The notes beneath the pieces were generated by a model, which searched no databases, was not told the origin of the DNA, and worked only from the letters and a program-made list of their open reading frames with translations. 56,854 nucleotides of DNA from a virus. Taxonomy: Duplodnaviria; Caudoviricetes. The first letter of the stretch is position 1. Each line of letters begins with the position of its first letter. Position numbers and translations under genes: made by a program. Shown here in pieces: positions 47,879 through 55,751 of this stretch. The stretch is from the IMG/VR virus record IMGVR_UViG_3300045284_000200, positions 1-56,854 of that record. The stretch is one strand, 5' to 3'.

Positions 47879-48237
47879 ACGCAGAAGAACAACTCAAGGC
47901 GCTTATCCCAGCAGCCAGGTCCGCACTTTCGGCGCTTCGATATGTCGAAAAGGAATTGCACGATTTACGCGATGTCCTGCCGGAGCTTCAACCGGCCAAT
48001 AGATGCCTTTATGCACTAGCTGGCGAAGCGGAGAAACTGTCCGCTGCATTGCCGCCAGTTGCACAGTCTGTAAATGGAGCACAGCGGACCTTCATTGGGG
48101 CCATTGATAAAGCGATTGCTTTCCACACTCAGAATCAGAACGACCCGCATGGCATTGGGAACGCGGTCATTGCCGCTCTGAATGAAGTCAAAACCGCTTC
48201 AATGGAAGCCTATAAGGTTGATCAGAATGAAGCCTGA
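47875..48237 (+). CDS. Early hypothetical protein
   Basis: ATGA coupling; 120 aa. Confidence 0.55.
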   Translation: MNAEEQLKALIPAARSALSALRYVEKELHDLRDVLPELQPANRCLYALAGEAEKLSAALPPVAQSVNGAQRTFIGAIDKAIAFHTQNQNDPHGIGNAVIAALNEVKTASMEAYKVDQNEA

Positions 48238-48415
48238 AGAATTAACACCCAAACAGGAAATGTACTTCGAGGATGACGCTGGAAATCTGCATACCATGAT
48301 CGTTGATCGTATGGATCAAGACAACCGAACCGTTCTGGGCTGGACAACTGTCCGCACCAAAGCTGGTCGAAAGAGAGTCTACGTAGCCATACCAGAACAC
48401 AGAATCAGGCAATAA
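48227..48415 (+). CDS. Early hypothetical protein
   Basis: Start MKPEEL. Confidence 0.45.
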   Translation: MKPEELTPKQEMYFEDDAGNLHTMIVDRMDQDNRTVLGWTTVRTKAGRKRVYVAIPEHRIRQ

Positions 48416-48465
48416 CTAAGATAATTTCCTTGCAACTCAACTCTTAATTAAATACAAACCATATA

Positions 48466-48544
48466 GGCACGGTTGAGGGTAGCGGCAACGCCCCTGGGTT
48501 CTTGAGCGATTCGTCTCGCTCTCTTCACCTCTAACAACCGTGCC
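48466..48544 (+). ncRNA. Three-way-junction small RNA / structured leader
   Basis: 10-bp closing stem GGCACGGTTG/CAACCGTGCC; GCG-GCAA-CGC GNRA hairpin; GAGCGA/TCGCTC hairpin; begins at the predicted TSS. Confidence 0.55.
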
Positions 48545-48566
48545 GACTTTAGAAAAACGACAGATC

Positions 48567-48824
48567 ATGAAACTCCAAACACTCGAAATCGAACTACAGC
48601 CCTCGTACGCCCTGAATGCCGGACAATACATTGTCACCATCAAGTACGAAGACGGCCACAAGAACGGCGTGAAACTCGTCCTTGATCCCGGCATCTCAGA
48701 GCAAATACTTGGCTTTATAGGCCCAGTCATCACCGCGGCGGCGGGCAAAGCTGCCCGTGAACTCGAAGCAAACATCATCGGCTCGCTGGCGGAGATGAAA
48801 CAGCCTTTGGAGATCACGGTATGA
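48567..48824 (+). CDS. Hypothetical protein
   Basis: Start MKLQTLEI after an A-rich leader. Confidence 0.55.
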   Translation: MKLQTLEIELQPSYALNAGQYIVTIKYEDGHKNGVKLVLDPGISEQILGFIGPVITAAAGKAARELEANIIGSLAEMKQPLEITV

Positions 48825-49126
48825 GACACTCGCCGGGTAAGTTGTTGGTTGAGGAAGCTCTGGACTCTGCTGGGAGAGTCAAGCTTGAGCTAAACATCCC
48901 ACCACACTTAGCGATGGCCGATATATGCGGTCGGGAGGCATCTCTAACAGCAGATGAATGGGAAACAGTCAAAGCCAACGCCGCCCGCCTCGCGCACTGC
49001 TGGAATACTCACGACGAATTGGTCAGGGCATGTAAGGCGGCATTGACTAAACTCGAATCATTGAATGAAGAACACAACCGTACGGGGGTGATGCTTGAGG
49101 AAGTTCTCGCGAAGGAGGCGCTATGA
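48821..49126 (+). CDS. Hypothetical phage protein
   Basis: MRHSPG...ANAARLA.CWN.HDELV. Confidence 0.6.
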   Translation: MRHSPGKLLVEEALDSAGRVKLELNIPPHLAMADICGREASLTADEWETVKANAARLAHCWNTHDELVRACKAALTKLESLNEEHNRTGVMLEEVLAKEAL

Positions 49127-49407
49127 CCATCACCGAACTCTATCGGGCGCTTGCGTGTCACGACTGGTTCTACGCGATGAGCGATGATCCGAAAGTGTAC
49201 CATCGCGGCCAAGAGAACTGGGATCGGCTGCAACGCGAAATGATGACGGTCGAAGGTGGACCAGAATTGGTTCGCGAGTACACCAAGCACATCTTTAGCG
49301 GGCCAGCATTCGGGACGCCGAAGCATCCCAAGCCGGCTAGGCCGGTGGATGAAGAGGTGCCACGTCAAGAAGACGAGTGGTGGACCCCTGCGGAGGACAC
49401 ACAATGA
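49123..49407 (+). CDS. Hypothetical phage protein
   Basis: HDWFYAMSDD..VY.RG motif. Confidence 0.6.
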   Translation: MTITELYRALACHDWFYAMSDDPKVYHRGQENWDRLQREMMTVEGGPELVREYTKHIFSGPAFGTPKHPKPARPVDEEVPRQEDEWWTPAEDTQ

Positions 49408-49523
49408 ACGACCAAATACTCGACGTGGCCACCGTGCCGCAGCAGGATCAGTCGGCTTCCGAATGTGAAACTCGGCAGGTTAATGCCTCAATTGCATAGC
49501 ATAAACCTTTAGAAGTCAAAACA

Positions 49524-50951
49524 ATGAGCACAGAACTACAAGTTATCGACCAAGTGCAATCCGCTGCATTGGTATCCGCAAACCCAATGGATTTGGAGCC
49601 TGCTGCCTTCGCTGCTGGACTTGATCGCCGAAAAGCTAATCGTGCTTTGCTAATGGCGTGGATTCGATCCGCCCTTGTCGAAGGCACGGACTACGGCTCG
49701 ATACCTACCAAGCGCGGTCCCAGCAAGCCGAGCCTTTGGAAGCCTGGCGCCGAGAAGATTTGCGGTATGCTCAATGTCACGGTGACTTTCCCAACCCTTT
49801 CCGACTACGAGGCGGCTGCCTTGGCTGGCAAGAAACTTGAAACACTCATCATCCGCTGCGAACTCATCAGCCCGGCCGGTGCCATCGTTGCCGCTGGGGT
49901 AGGTAGTCGAAGCGTGGAACATGATTACGGGGATTTGAACAAGGCCCTGAAAATGGCCTGTAAGTCAGCCCATATCGACGCGACGCTGCGTATGGGTGGG
50001 CTTTCAGAGGTGTTTACGCAAGATTTGGAGAATGGAACTCCCGAACAGACTCCTAAAACGCCGCAGGACGCGCCGCGGACGGCTCCGCCCCGAACACCCG
50101 CCCCAGCCAAGAAAGCGGCTGCTACCCCCCAAGGCGCTACAGCGGCGCCTGCTGCCGTGAAGAATGGGACTGACGCCAAATTCGACTCCGCCACCTTTCT
50201 GAAGAACTGCAAGACGAGGCTGCTGGCCTTGGTTGACCCTGAAACCGAATGGGCATGGTGGAAATACGCCGTGGACAAAGGTTGGATTCTGCCAAGCGGC
50301 GACAGCCAACATGGGTGCGAAAGCTTCGCCGACGCCACGGCGGAGAAGATGTTCGAGGGCTACAACCCAAATGCCATCCGGGCCAGCGTAGCAGAGCTTT
50401 TCGATGCCCATTGCACGGCGGTCAAGGCGATGGCAGCGAATTGCCCGCCAGAGTTCGAGGAGGAGATTAAGCGCGGGTTTGTCCCGATGCCGCGCACCCC
50501 GGACCCGGAGCCAGCTAAGACCGCTGCGGCCACACCAAAGACCGGCAATACTTGCCCATCCTGCTCGAGTACCGCAATCAAGACTCACGACGATTTGATT
50601 GGGGCTCGTTGGTGCCAGAAGTGCGGCACGCAATGGCAGGAGGATGACCCAAAGAAAGAGGCGTACGAGGAGCACGAGTGGATGTTCGCCAAGCTGCCGT
50701 TCGCCCCGAAGGACAAGGCGAAGCCTTACAAGGGACTCACTTTGGGGCAAATCGCCCGGCTCGATAACCGCTACTGGTTTGGCATTGTTTCCAACTTCAA
50801 AGCGGAGCCGTTCAAAGGACGGCCCCCGTCGGAGGAGTCGGTGAAGTTTGGGGAAGCCTGCGAGGAGGCGAGGAAGCATCTGGAGGAAGCCGACACCAGA
50901 CCGAAGCATAATCAGGATGGTGGCGACGAAGAGTCTCAAATTCCGTTCTGA
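49524..50951 (+). CDS. Single-strand annealing protein (Rad52/Sak-like) with long C-terminal extension
   Basis: DYG.IP....KPSLWKPGAEK; NKALKMA.KSA.IDA; FTQDLE; zinc ribbon; acidic ...ESQIPF tail; near an exonuclease gene. Confidence 0.65.
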   Translation: MSTELQVIDQVQSAALVSANPMDLEPAAFAAGLDRRKANRALLMAWIRSALVEGTDYGSIPTKRGPSKPSLWKPGAEKICGMLNVTVTFPTLSDYEAAALAGKKLETLIIRCELISPAGAIVAAGVGSRSVEHDYGDLNKALKMACKSAHIDATLRMGGLSEVFTQDLENGTPEQTPKTPQDAPRTAPPRTPAPAKKAAATPQGATAAPAAVKNGTDAKFDSATFLKNCKTRLLALVDPETEWAWWKYAVDKGWILPSGDSQHGCESFADATAEKMFEGYNPNAIRASVAELFDAHCTAVKAMAANCPPEFEEEIKRGFVPMPRTPDPEPAKTAAATPKTGNTCPSCSSTAIKTHDDLIGARWCQKCGTQWQEDDPKKEAYEEHEWMFAKLPFAPKDKAKPYKGLTLGQIARLDNRYWFGIVSNFKAEPFKGRPPSEESVKFGEACEEARKHLEEADTRPKHNQDGGDEESQIPF

Positions 50952-51421
50952 TGAAACGCTGCTTCAAATGCGGTCAAGAGAAAGAGCGAAGCGAGTTCTA
51001 TCGACACCCACGAATGGGTGATGGTCTTCTTGGAAAGTGCAAGGATTGCGCCAAAAAGGACATCGCCGATCACACTGCCAGAAAGAAATTAGATCCGGTT
51101 TGGATGGCAAAGGAACGAGCGAGAGGTCGCGCAAAGATGAACAGGGCCAGATTGGCCGGAACAGTCAAAAAGAGTTCCGATTCAACCAGAACAAACTGGC
51201 GAAAGCGCAACCGCATAAAGAGCCGCGCTCACTCCGCTGCCGCAAGAGCACAGAAAAATGGCATCCTTAAAAAGCCAGAAAACTGCGAAAGATGCGGACA
51301 GAAAGGACGGTTGCACAAACACCATCCCGATTATTCGCGTCCACTGCATGTGCTTTGGTTATGTCCCAAATGCCACGGACAGGCACACTGGAAAGATCAA
51401 CCTGTCCTTACTGACCTATGA
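50951..51421 (+). CDS. HNH-type endonuclease with N-terminal zinc finger
   Basis: CFKC...EFY...CKDC; CERCG...HHPDYSRPL.V.WLC..CH. Confidence 0.8.
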   Translation: MKRCFKCGQEKERSEFYRHPRMGDGLLGKCKDCAKKDIADHTARKKLDPVWMAKERARGRAKMNRARLAGTVKKSSDSTRTNWRKRNRIKSRAHSAAARAQKNGILKKPENCERCGQKGRLHKHHPDYSRPLHVLWLCPKCHGQAHWKDQPVLTDL

Positions 51422-51696
51422 CCAGCGAACACGAAAAGGAGATGCGGCGGTTGACTGGAGTGATCTTGGCCTACAAGCGGATGCACCCACTGGATTTCCA
51501 AGTCTTCCTTGGTGCGCTGCTGGCCAACGTCGTTGGTGCGCTGCCCGATGACTACTGGGCACGGATGATGGTGACAAATCCCTGTGAAGTCCCTGGCTGC
51601 GATTGTCACGTCATCGCCGGTCAAGTTATGGCCGCACTGAACATCCTCCGAAACGATCACGACAAGACACTTTCCAACCGAGCAGGAAACAACTGA
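51418..51696 (+). CDS. Hypothetical protein
   Basis: Coupled; PCEVPGCDCH. Confidence 0.5.
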   Translation: MTSEHEKEMRRLTGVILAYKRMHPLDFQVFLGALLANVVGALPDDYWARMMVTNPCEVPGCDCHVIAGQVMAALNILRNDHDKTLSNRAGNN

Positions 51697-51699
51697 CCT

Positions 51700-52443
51700 A
51701 TGGCCGGATCGCATTACTACACCAAAGACGGGGAACTCATCGACGGCGATTTACGCCAGTGTCGGAAGCTTGGAGGGCTGCCGAGTCCGACGACGGTGCT
51801 CAACATTCTCGGATCGCCCGGGTTGAAGTACTACTTCCGTCGGCAGATGTGGGAGGCCGCTTGCACGACGCCGCGGCACATCGGGATGTCCGACGAGGCG
51901 CATTGGGAAGCCTGTCAGAAGTTCGCTGATGAACATGGCCAAGCGGCTCGCGACAAGGGCGGCGACTTCCATTCGCTGGTGCAACAGTTCCATTATCACC
52001 CTGATCGCGCTCCAGCATTTGGCTATGACGCTCAAGCAATGGGGATGCGTCCACAGTTTGAGGCTTACGTTGACTGGTACTCCAAGAACGTCCGCCGCTC
52101 GCTGATGGTGGAGCAAGCCGTCATCGGGCAGGGCTACGCCGGGCGAGTCGATCATGTCGCCGAGATGATGGACGGGAAAGTGTTGTGCTTGGACGTGAAG
52201 ACTCAGGACACGACAAAGAAGAAAGGGAAGTTCACTTACTACGACCAGTGGCCCATACAACTTGGCGCTTACGCCGGTGCCTGCAAAATACCTATCGACG
52301 GACTGATGAGCGTAGCGGTTAGTAGCAACTTACCAGCGGTGGTAGAAACGAAACTCTGGGAACATACGATTGATTACTACCACGACATTTTCATTGGCTT
52401 GCTGAAGTTTTGGAAACATTCCAACGACTATTACCCGCAGTAA
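51700..52443 (+). CDS. PD-(D/E)XK exonuclease
   Basis: LPSPTTVL, G.DFH, E, YAGRVD, DVKT, QLGAY. Confidence 0.85.
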   Translation: MAGSHYYTKDGELIDGDLRQCRKLGGLPSPTTVLNILGSPGLKYYFRRQMWEAACTTPRHIGMSDEAHWEACQKFADEHGQAARDKGGDFHSLVQQFHYHPDRAPAFGYDAQAMGMRPQFEAYVDWYSKNVRRSLMVEQAVIGQGYAGRVDHVAEMMDGKVLCLDVKTQDTTKKKGKFTYYDQWPIQLGAYAGACKIPIDGLMSVAVSSNLPAVVETKLWEHTIDYYHDIFIGLLKFWKHSNDYYPQ

Positions 52444-52475
52444 CGAAACCAAAAACATCAACTCAAAATGATCAA

Positions 52476-53381
52476 ATGAAACCAAAACTCGCTGGCTTGC
52501 TAAGACGAGCCAATGCACATCCCGTAATCACGATCCTGTTGGCCCTACTACTCTTCGGATCAATTCCGTTCATCATCATTAACTCGCCCCTGATAGAAAA
52601 CCCTTATGCATGGGCAATTGGCGGCGGTATTACTTTCGCCCTGGGAATACCGCTGTGTATTGGATTATGGAAAAACACAGCCACTGTGATCGTCATTGCT
52701 GCTTTGTTGGCCAGCACGTCGCAATCACGCGCCGAAGAACAAAAGTCGGCCGTAGCTGTTGGAGTTGGAGTGGTTGTCATCTGTGTCGGGGCAGTCTGCG
52801 GTTACAAAGTGTACAAATTTTGCCAAAAGAAGTTTCCGCCAAAGTCCACTAATGCTCCACCGGATGAGTTCACGGCTGCTGGCGGTGAATACGGGGGATC
52901 TTGCGAGTACAGTTCCATCGGTTCCTGTTACACTCCGCCATCGCTCAACGCTTCTCCGTACGAGAACCTGTTGATCAATCCAACCACGTTCTCTCTTGGC
53001 GTTCTAGTTGAACCGATAGGAGCATCAGTTTCGATGAACGTGAACAACGATGAAGGCACCGCTCAAGACTGGACAGCCTTTCAAGCTGATATGGCCAGCC
53101 ACGGGCTATTCGTCACCGGTCATCCTTCCTCGCCACAGTTTGAACTCGGCGGTGTGCCTTGTGATCCGTCGATGGTTCCATTGCAGTTTGACCAAGAGAC
53201 TGGACGTGTCACGCATCGCACCGGTGGCGAGATGAGACGGGTTACAGTAGAGCGAAGCCCGAATCTGACTGACTGGTCCCCCCTGCTTGTAACGGACACC
53301 GGAGTTGGCAGCGGCTTCAAAGTAGTCGACACCACCCGAGAAGGTCAGATGTTCTATCGAGTAGGAGTGAGCCAGCCATGA
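52476..53381 (+). CDS. Multi-TM membrane/exported protein with Verrucomicrobia-type C-terminal motif
   Basis: Several hydrophobic segments; ends VERSPNLTDWSPL...GQMFYRVGV. Confidence 0.65.
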   Translation: MKPKLAGLLRRANAHPVITILLALLLFGSIPFIIINSPLIENPYAWAIGGGITFALGIPLCIGLWKNTATVIVIAALLASTSQSRAEEQKSAVAVGVGVVVICVGAVCGYKVYKFCQKKFPPKSTNAPPDEFTAAGGEYGGSCEYSSIGSCYTPPSLNASPYENLLINPTTFSLGVLVEPIGASVSMNVNNDEGTAQDWTAFQADMASHGLFVTGHPSSPQFELGGVPCDPSMVPLQFDQETGRVTHRTGGEMRRVTVERSPNLTDWSPLLVTDTGVGSGFKVVDTTREGQMFYRVGVSQP

Positions 53382-53386
53382 CTTTT

Positions 53387-53548
53387 GCCGTCCCTGTTTC
53401 GGAATGTGGCGTCTCCCAATGCCACCCGGTACCTCCCCGGTCGCACCGGAACAGGGCGGCTCCCAATTTGCGGTCCTCCGACACGGAGTCACCAGCTATG
53501 CACAGTCGGCCTGCCGTTTGGCAGTGAGAGGAAAGGCCGGGACCGCAA
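53387..53548 (+). ncRNA. Two tandem multi-branch RNA structures
   Basis: Closing stems 53387-53402/53446-53460 (15 bp) and 53468-53477/53539-53548, each enclosing hairpins. Confidence 0.5.
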
Positions 53549-53557
53549 TCTTTATTT

Positions 53558-53683
53558 ATGAACAACGACGAAGATTCCATCTGGGCGTGGTGCTTGGCCA
53601 TTTTGCTAGGGATAACCTTCGCCTGTGGCTTCATCGCGTTCCCCGTCTTCGCATGGTGGCTTATCAGGAGCGTGTTCAAGTGA
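53558..53683 (+). CDS. 41-aa membrane peptide
   Basis: Hand translation MNNDEDSIWAWCLAILLGITFACGFIAFPVFAWWLIRSVFK; GTGA overlap with the next gene. Confidence 0.5.
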   Translation: MNNDEDSIWAWCLAILLGITFACGFIAFPVFAWWLIRSVFK

Positions 53684-53871
53684 AGTATCCGCCGTTGAGT
53701 GCCAAGGCACGCGAGCGCCGCCAGATTGGGCGCCGCATAGCCAACCAACTCCCCGTGATCCTACCTGAACGGACTGTGGCCGACATGATGGGCCTGAGCC
53801 AGACGATGGTGGCCATCATTGCCAACGAGGCTCTCTACAAAATCGCCATGAGGATGAAATGTTCCACATAG
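53680..53871 (+). CDS. Small HTH (sigma-region-4-like) regulator
   Basis: AGGAG upstream; TVADMMGLSQTMVAIIANEALYKI. Confidence 0.5.
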   Translation: MKYPPLSAKARERRQIGRRIANQLPVILPERTVADMMGLSQTMVAIIANEALYKIAMRMKCST

Positions 53872-53908
53872 AACATTTTTCCACCCCATGTGAATAACTT
53901 GTGAGCAA
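53860..53908. promoter_or_regulatory. DnaA-box cluster, candidate replication origin
   Basis: TGTGAATAA (53889-53897) is a perfect TTATNCACA; three near matches within 50 bp. Confidence 0.5.
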
Positions 53909-54022
53909 CTCGCAGAAAATTTCCTTGCAGCATTTGCCCGAAAGGCGCAAAAAGCCGTTGTCAGTCAAGAACGCTGTGAAAAGCGTTGGACGCGGCAACG
54001 ACGGCAAAGTAATTTCGACTCT

Positions 54023-54088
54023 GACCGCCGGCACTCGAAAGAGTGAGTCCTCCCCGTCCAGGATTTTTCACCCGGCGGTCTTTTCTTT
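54023..54088 (+). ncRNA. C4/CI-type antisense RNA
   Basis: GACCGCCGG/CCGGCGGTC stem plus U-tract; CACTC-GAAA-GAGTG hairpin; exposed CGTCCA and TTTTCAC complementary to upstream TGGACG and GTGAAAA. Confidence 0.65.
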
Positions 54089-54327
54089 GATCGGTTCTGC
54101 ATCAGCGGGCTCTGTCCTCGACAGCGACAACCCGGACAATCCCTCGAAAGAGGATGGAGTAGCAGACCGCGCCCCGTAACCAGGCTGCAAGCTACCTGAC
54201 AGCCATGAAGGGTGATGCGCGGAGGGAGCAAACGCTATGCGCTTGGCTCCGAAGGAACGAAGGCAGACCCGTGCAGGGAAAGCTGTCGCTTTCACCAAAG
54301 GAACAAAGGTTCCTGAAGTACAACAGT

Positions 54328-54708
54328 ATGAGATTTACAGTACCAACATCTGAAGAATTGAAATTGCAGGCAGCAAAAATTGGGCTGCCCGAAATTGAGG
54401 CGCAAAAGTTCTTTTGCTACTACGGGAGTAATGGCTGGCGAGTAGGCAAAAACAAGATGCGGTTTTGGAAGGTCGCTTTGAGCGGTTGGAAGCTCCGGTG
54501 GGAAGAACGTCGTGGGCTTGCTACTGTAAGTCCAACTACACTGGCCATCTTACATCAAAAGGAACTGGACGAGGTAACAGCCAAGATGCGGTCTATTCGC
54601 GGCTCCTATTCGGAGCACCAAAACTGGTCGGAGGAGGACAAGGCCCGCTGGTACAAGCTCAAGGCCAGGAGGGACGAATTGAAGAAACTCTTGGGGATGC
54701 AGGTATGA
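54328..54708 (+). CDS. Replication-initiator C-terminal-domain-like protein
   Basis: RFTVPT.EE...AQKFF.YY.SNGW.VGK.KM..WK.A...W; start could be as early as 54205. Confidence 0.6.
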   Translation: MRFTVPTSEELKLQAAKIGLPEIEAQKFFCYYGSNGWRVGKNKMRFWKVALSGWKLRWEERRGLATVSPTTLAILHQKELDEVTAKMRSIRGSYSEHQNWSEEDKARWYKLKARRDELKKLLGMQV

Positions 54709-55040
54709 ATCTGACCATTGAAAAGATAAAAACGCACCCAGAGTTATCTGGCCTTTGGAAAGAAGCCTGTCACAACAGCGATGACGCTAAGAATTTAGAC
54801 CGAGCGATCTTGCGAGTTTATCCGGGGCTCAAGGAATTCACTCGACCGCTAATGAATTTGGAAATCCTATCATTCACAGATCCGAAAGAACTCATCAAAG
54901 GGAACAAGGAGGACATTCGCAAAATCCGAAACGAACTGAGCCGTTGTAACGCTGTCAAAGTCACCTCGATAAGCATAAGCAACGGAATGCGGTTTCGTGA
55001 GTTTTTTTTCTTACCTGAATTCACCCTTCACACTCAATGA
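54705..55040 (+). CDS. Hypothetical protein
   Basis: Start MNLTIEK; ATGA coupling. Confidence 0.5.
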   Translation: MNLTIEKIKTHPELSGLWKEACHNSDDAKNLDRAILRVYPGLKEFTRPLMNLEILSFTDPKELIKGNKEDIRKIRNELSRCNAVKVTSISISNGMRFREFFFLPEFTLHTQ

Positions 55041-55261
55041 ACCGAATGACATGCAAAGGCTGGTCTTTGAGCCAGTTGATCGAGGAATGGAACTACCACC
55101 GGGACGAGCGGCTGGGGATGCTGTGCGGGAGCGCCGAGCCTGAGCCCTGGATGATCCGAATGGCGGAATCGGATGCCAATGAAGCGGTGAAACGACTGGT
55201 GGGATCGCAAAGGCCAGAGAAGCCAGTTCCGCTGGGTGGGTGTCCGAATGATGATCACTAA
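55037..55261 (+). CDS. Hypothetical protein
   Basis: ERLGML...AE..A motif; coupled. Confidence 0.5.
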   Translation: MNRMTCKGWSLSQLIEEWNYHRDERLGMLCGSAEPEPWMIRMAESDANEAVKRLVGSQRPEKPVPLGGCPNDDH

Positions 55262-55655
55262 CCACCCAATCCCGACGCCGAGACACGACAAGCTTCTCGT
55301 TGATGAAGCCTGCAACTACGACGTGCCTTGGTCTGAAGAGTTCCAGAAACTAGAGCGCGAGAACATCGCGTTGCGAGAGGCATTCAAGGCTCTCCATTAT
55401 GCCGTTGCCAAGGAACACGACTCTATAAGAGAGCCGGGTTGCGAATTCTGCGATGCAATTATTGCTTCTGAACAAGCCCTCTCCCTCACCCCATCCGAAA
55501 TATCTGAGAAGTGGGTCAAGCGGGAGGTTTTGGAGAGAGTGAGATTTCTTCTGGAAGAAAGCAGACCATTTGCCGGATGCACTGCAACTCAAATTCGATA
55601 CATTGAGGAAGCTACTAATCTCGCCCGCACCGAGCTTGGAAAGGGGGAGAAGTGA
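55248..55655 (+). CDS. Hypothetical phage protein
   Basis: PTPRHD...KLEREN..LRE pattern. Confidence 0.5.
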   Translation: MMITNHPIPTPRHDKLLVDEACNYDVPWSEEFQKLERENIALREAFKALHYAVAKEHDSIREPGCEFCDAIIASEQALSLTPSEISEKWVKREVLERVRFLLEESRPFAGCTATQIRYIEEATNLARTELGKGEK

Positions 55656-55751
55656 GCGACAACGACAATAATGATCCGTGGCCACCATCAGACGCCAAGC
55701 CCGGAGATACTTGGGGCGCTTATATCCTATGCGATGATGGTTGGTGGAGAC

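Noticed and set aside
51700-52443. Cas4 or CRISPR association of the nuclease
   Set aside because: No Fe-S cysteine set and no repeat-spacer array seen; pairing with an annealing protein indicates recombination
53404-53679. N-terminal part of the 155-aa track ORF
   Set aside because: Better explained by RNA stems plus a 41-aa peptide gene, with the HTH gene starting at GTG 53680 after AGGAG
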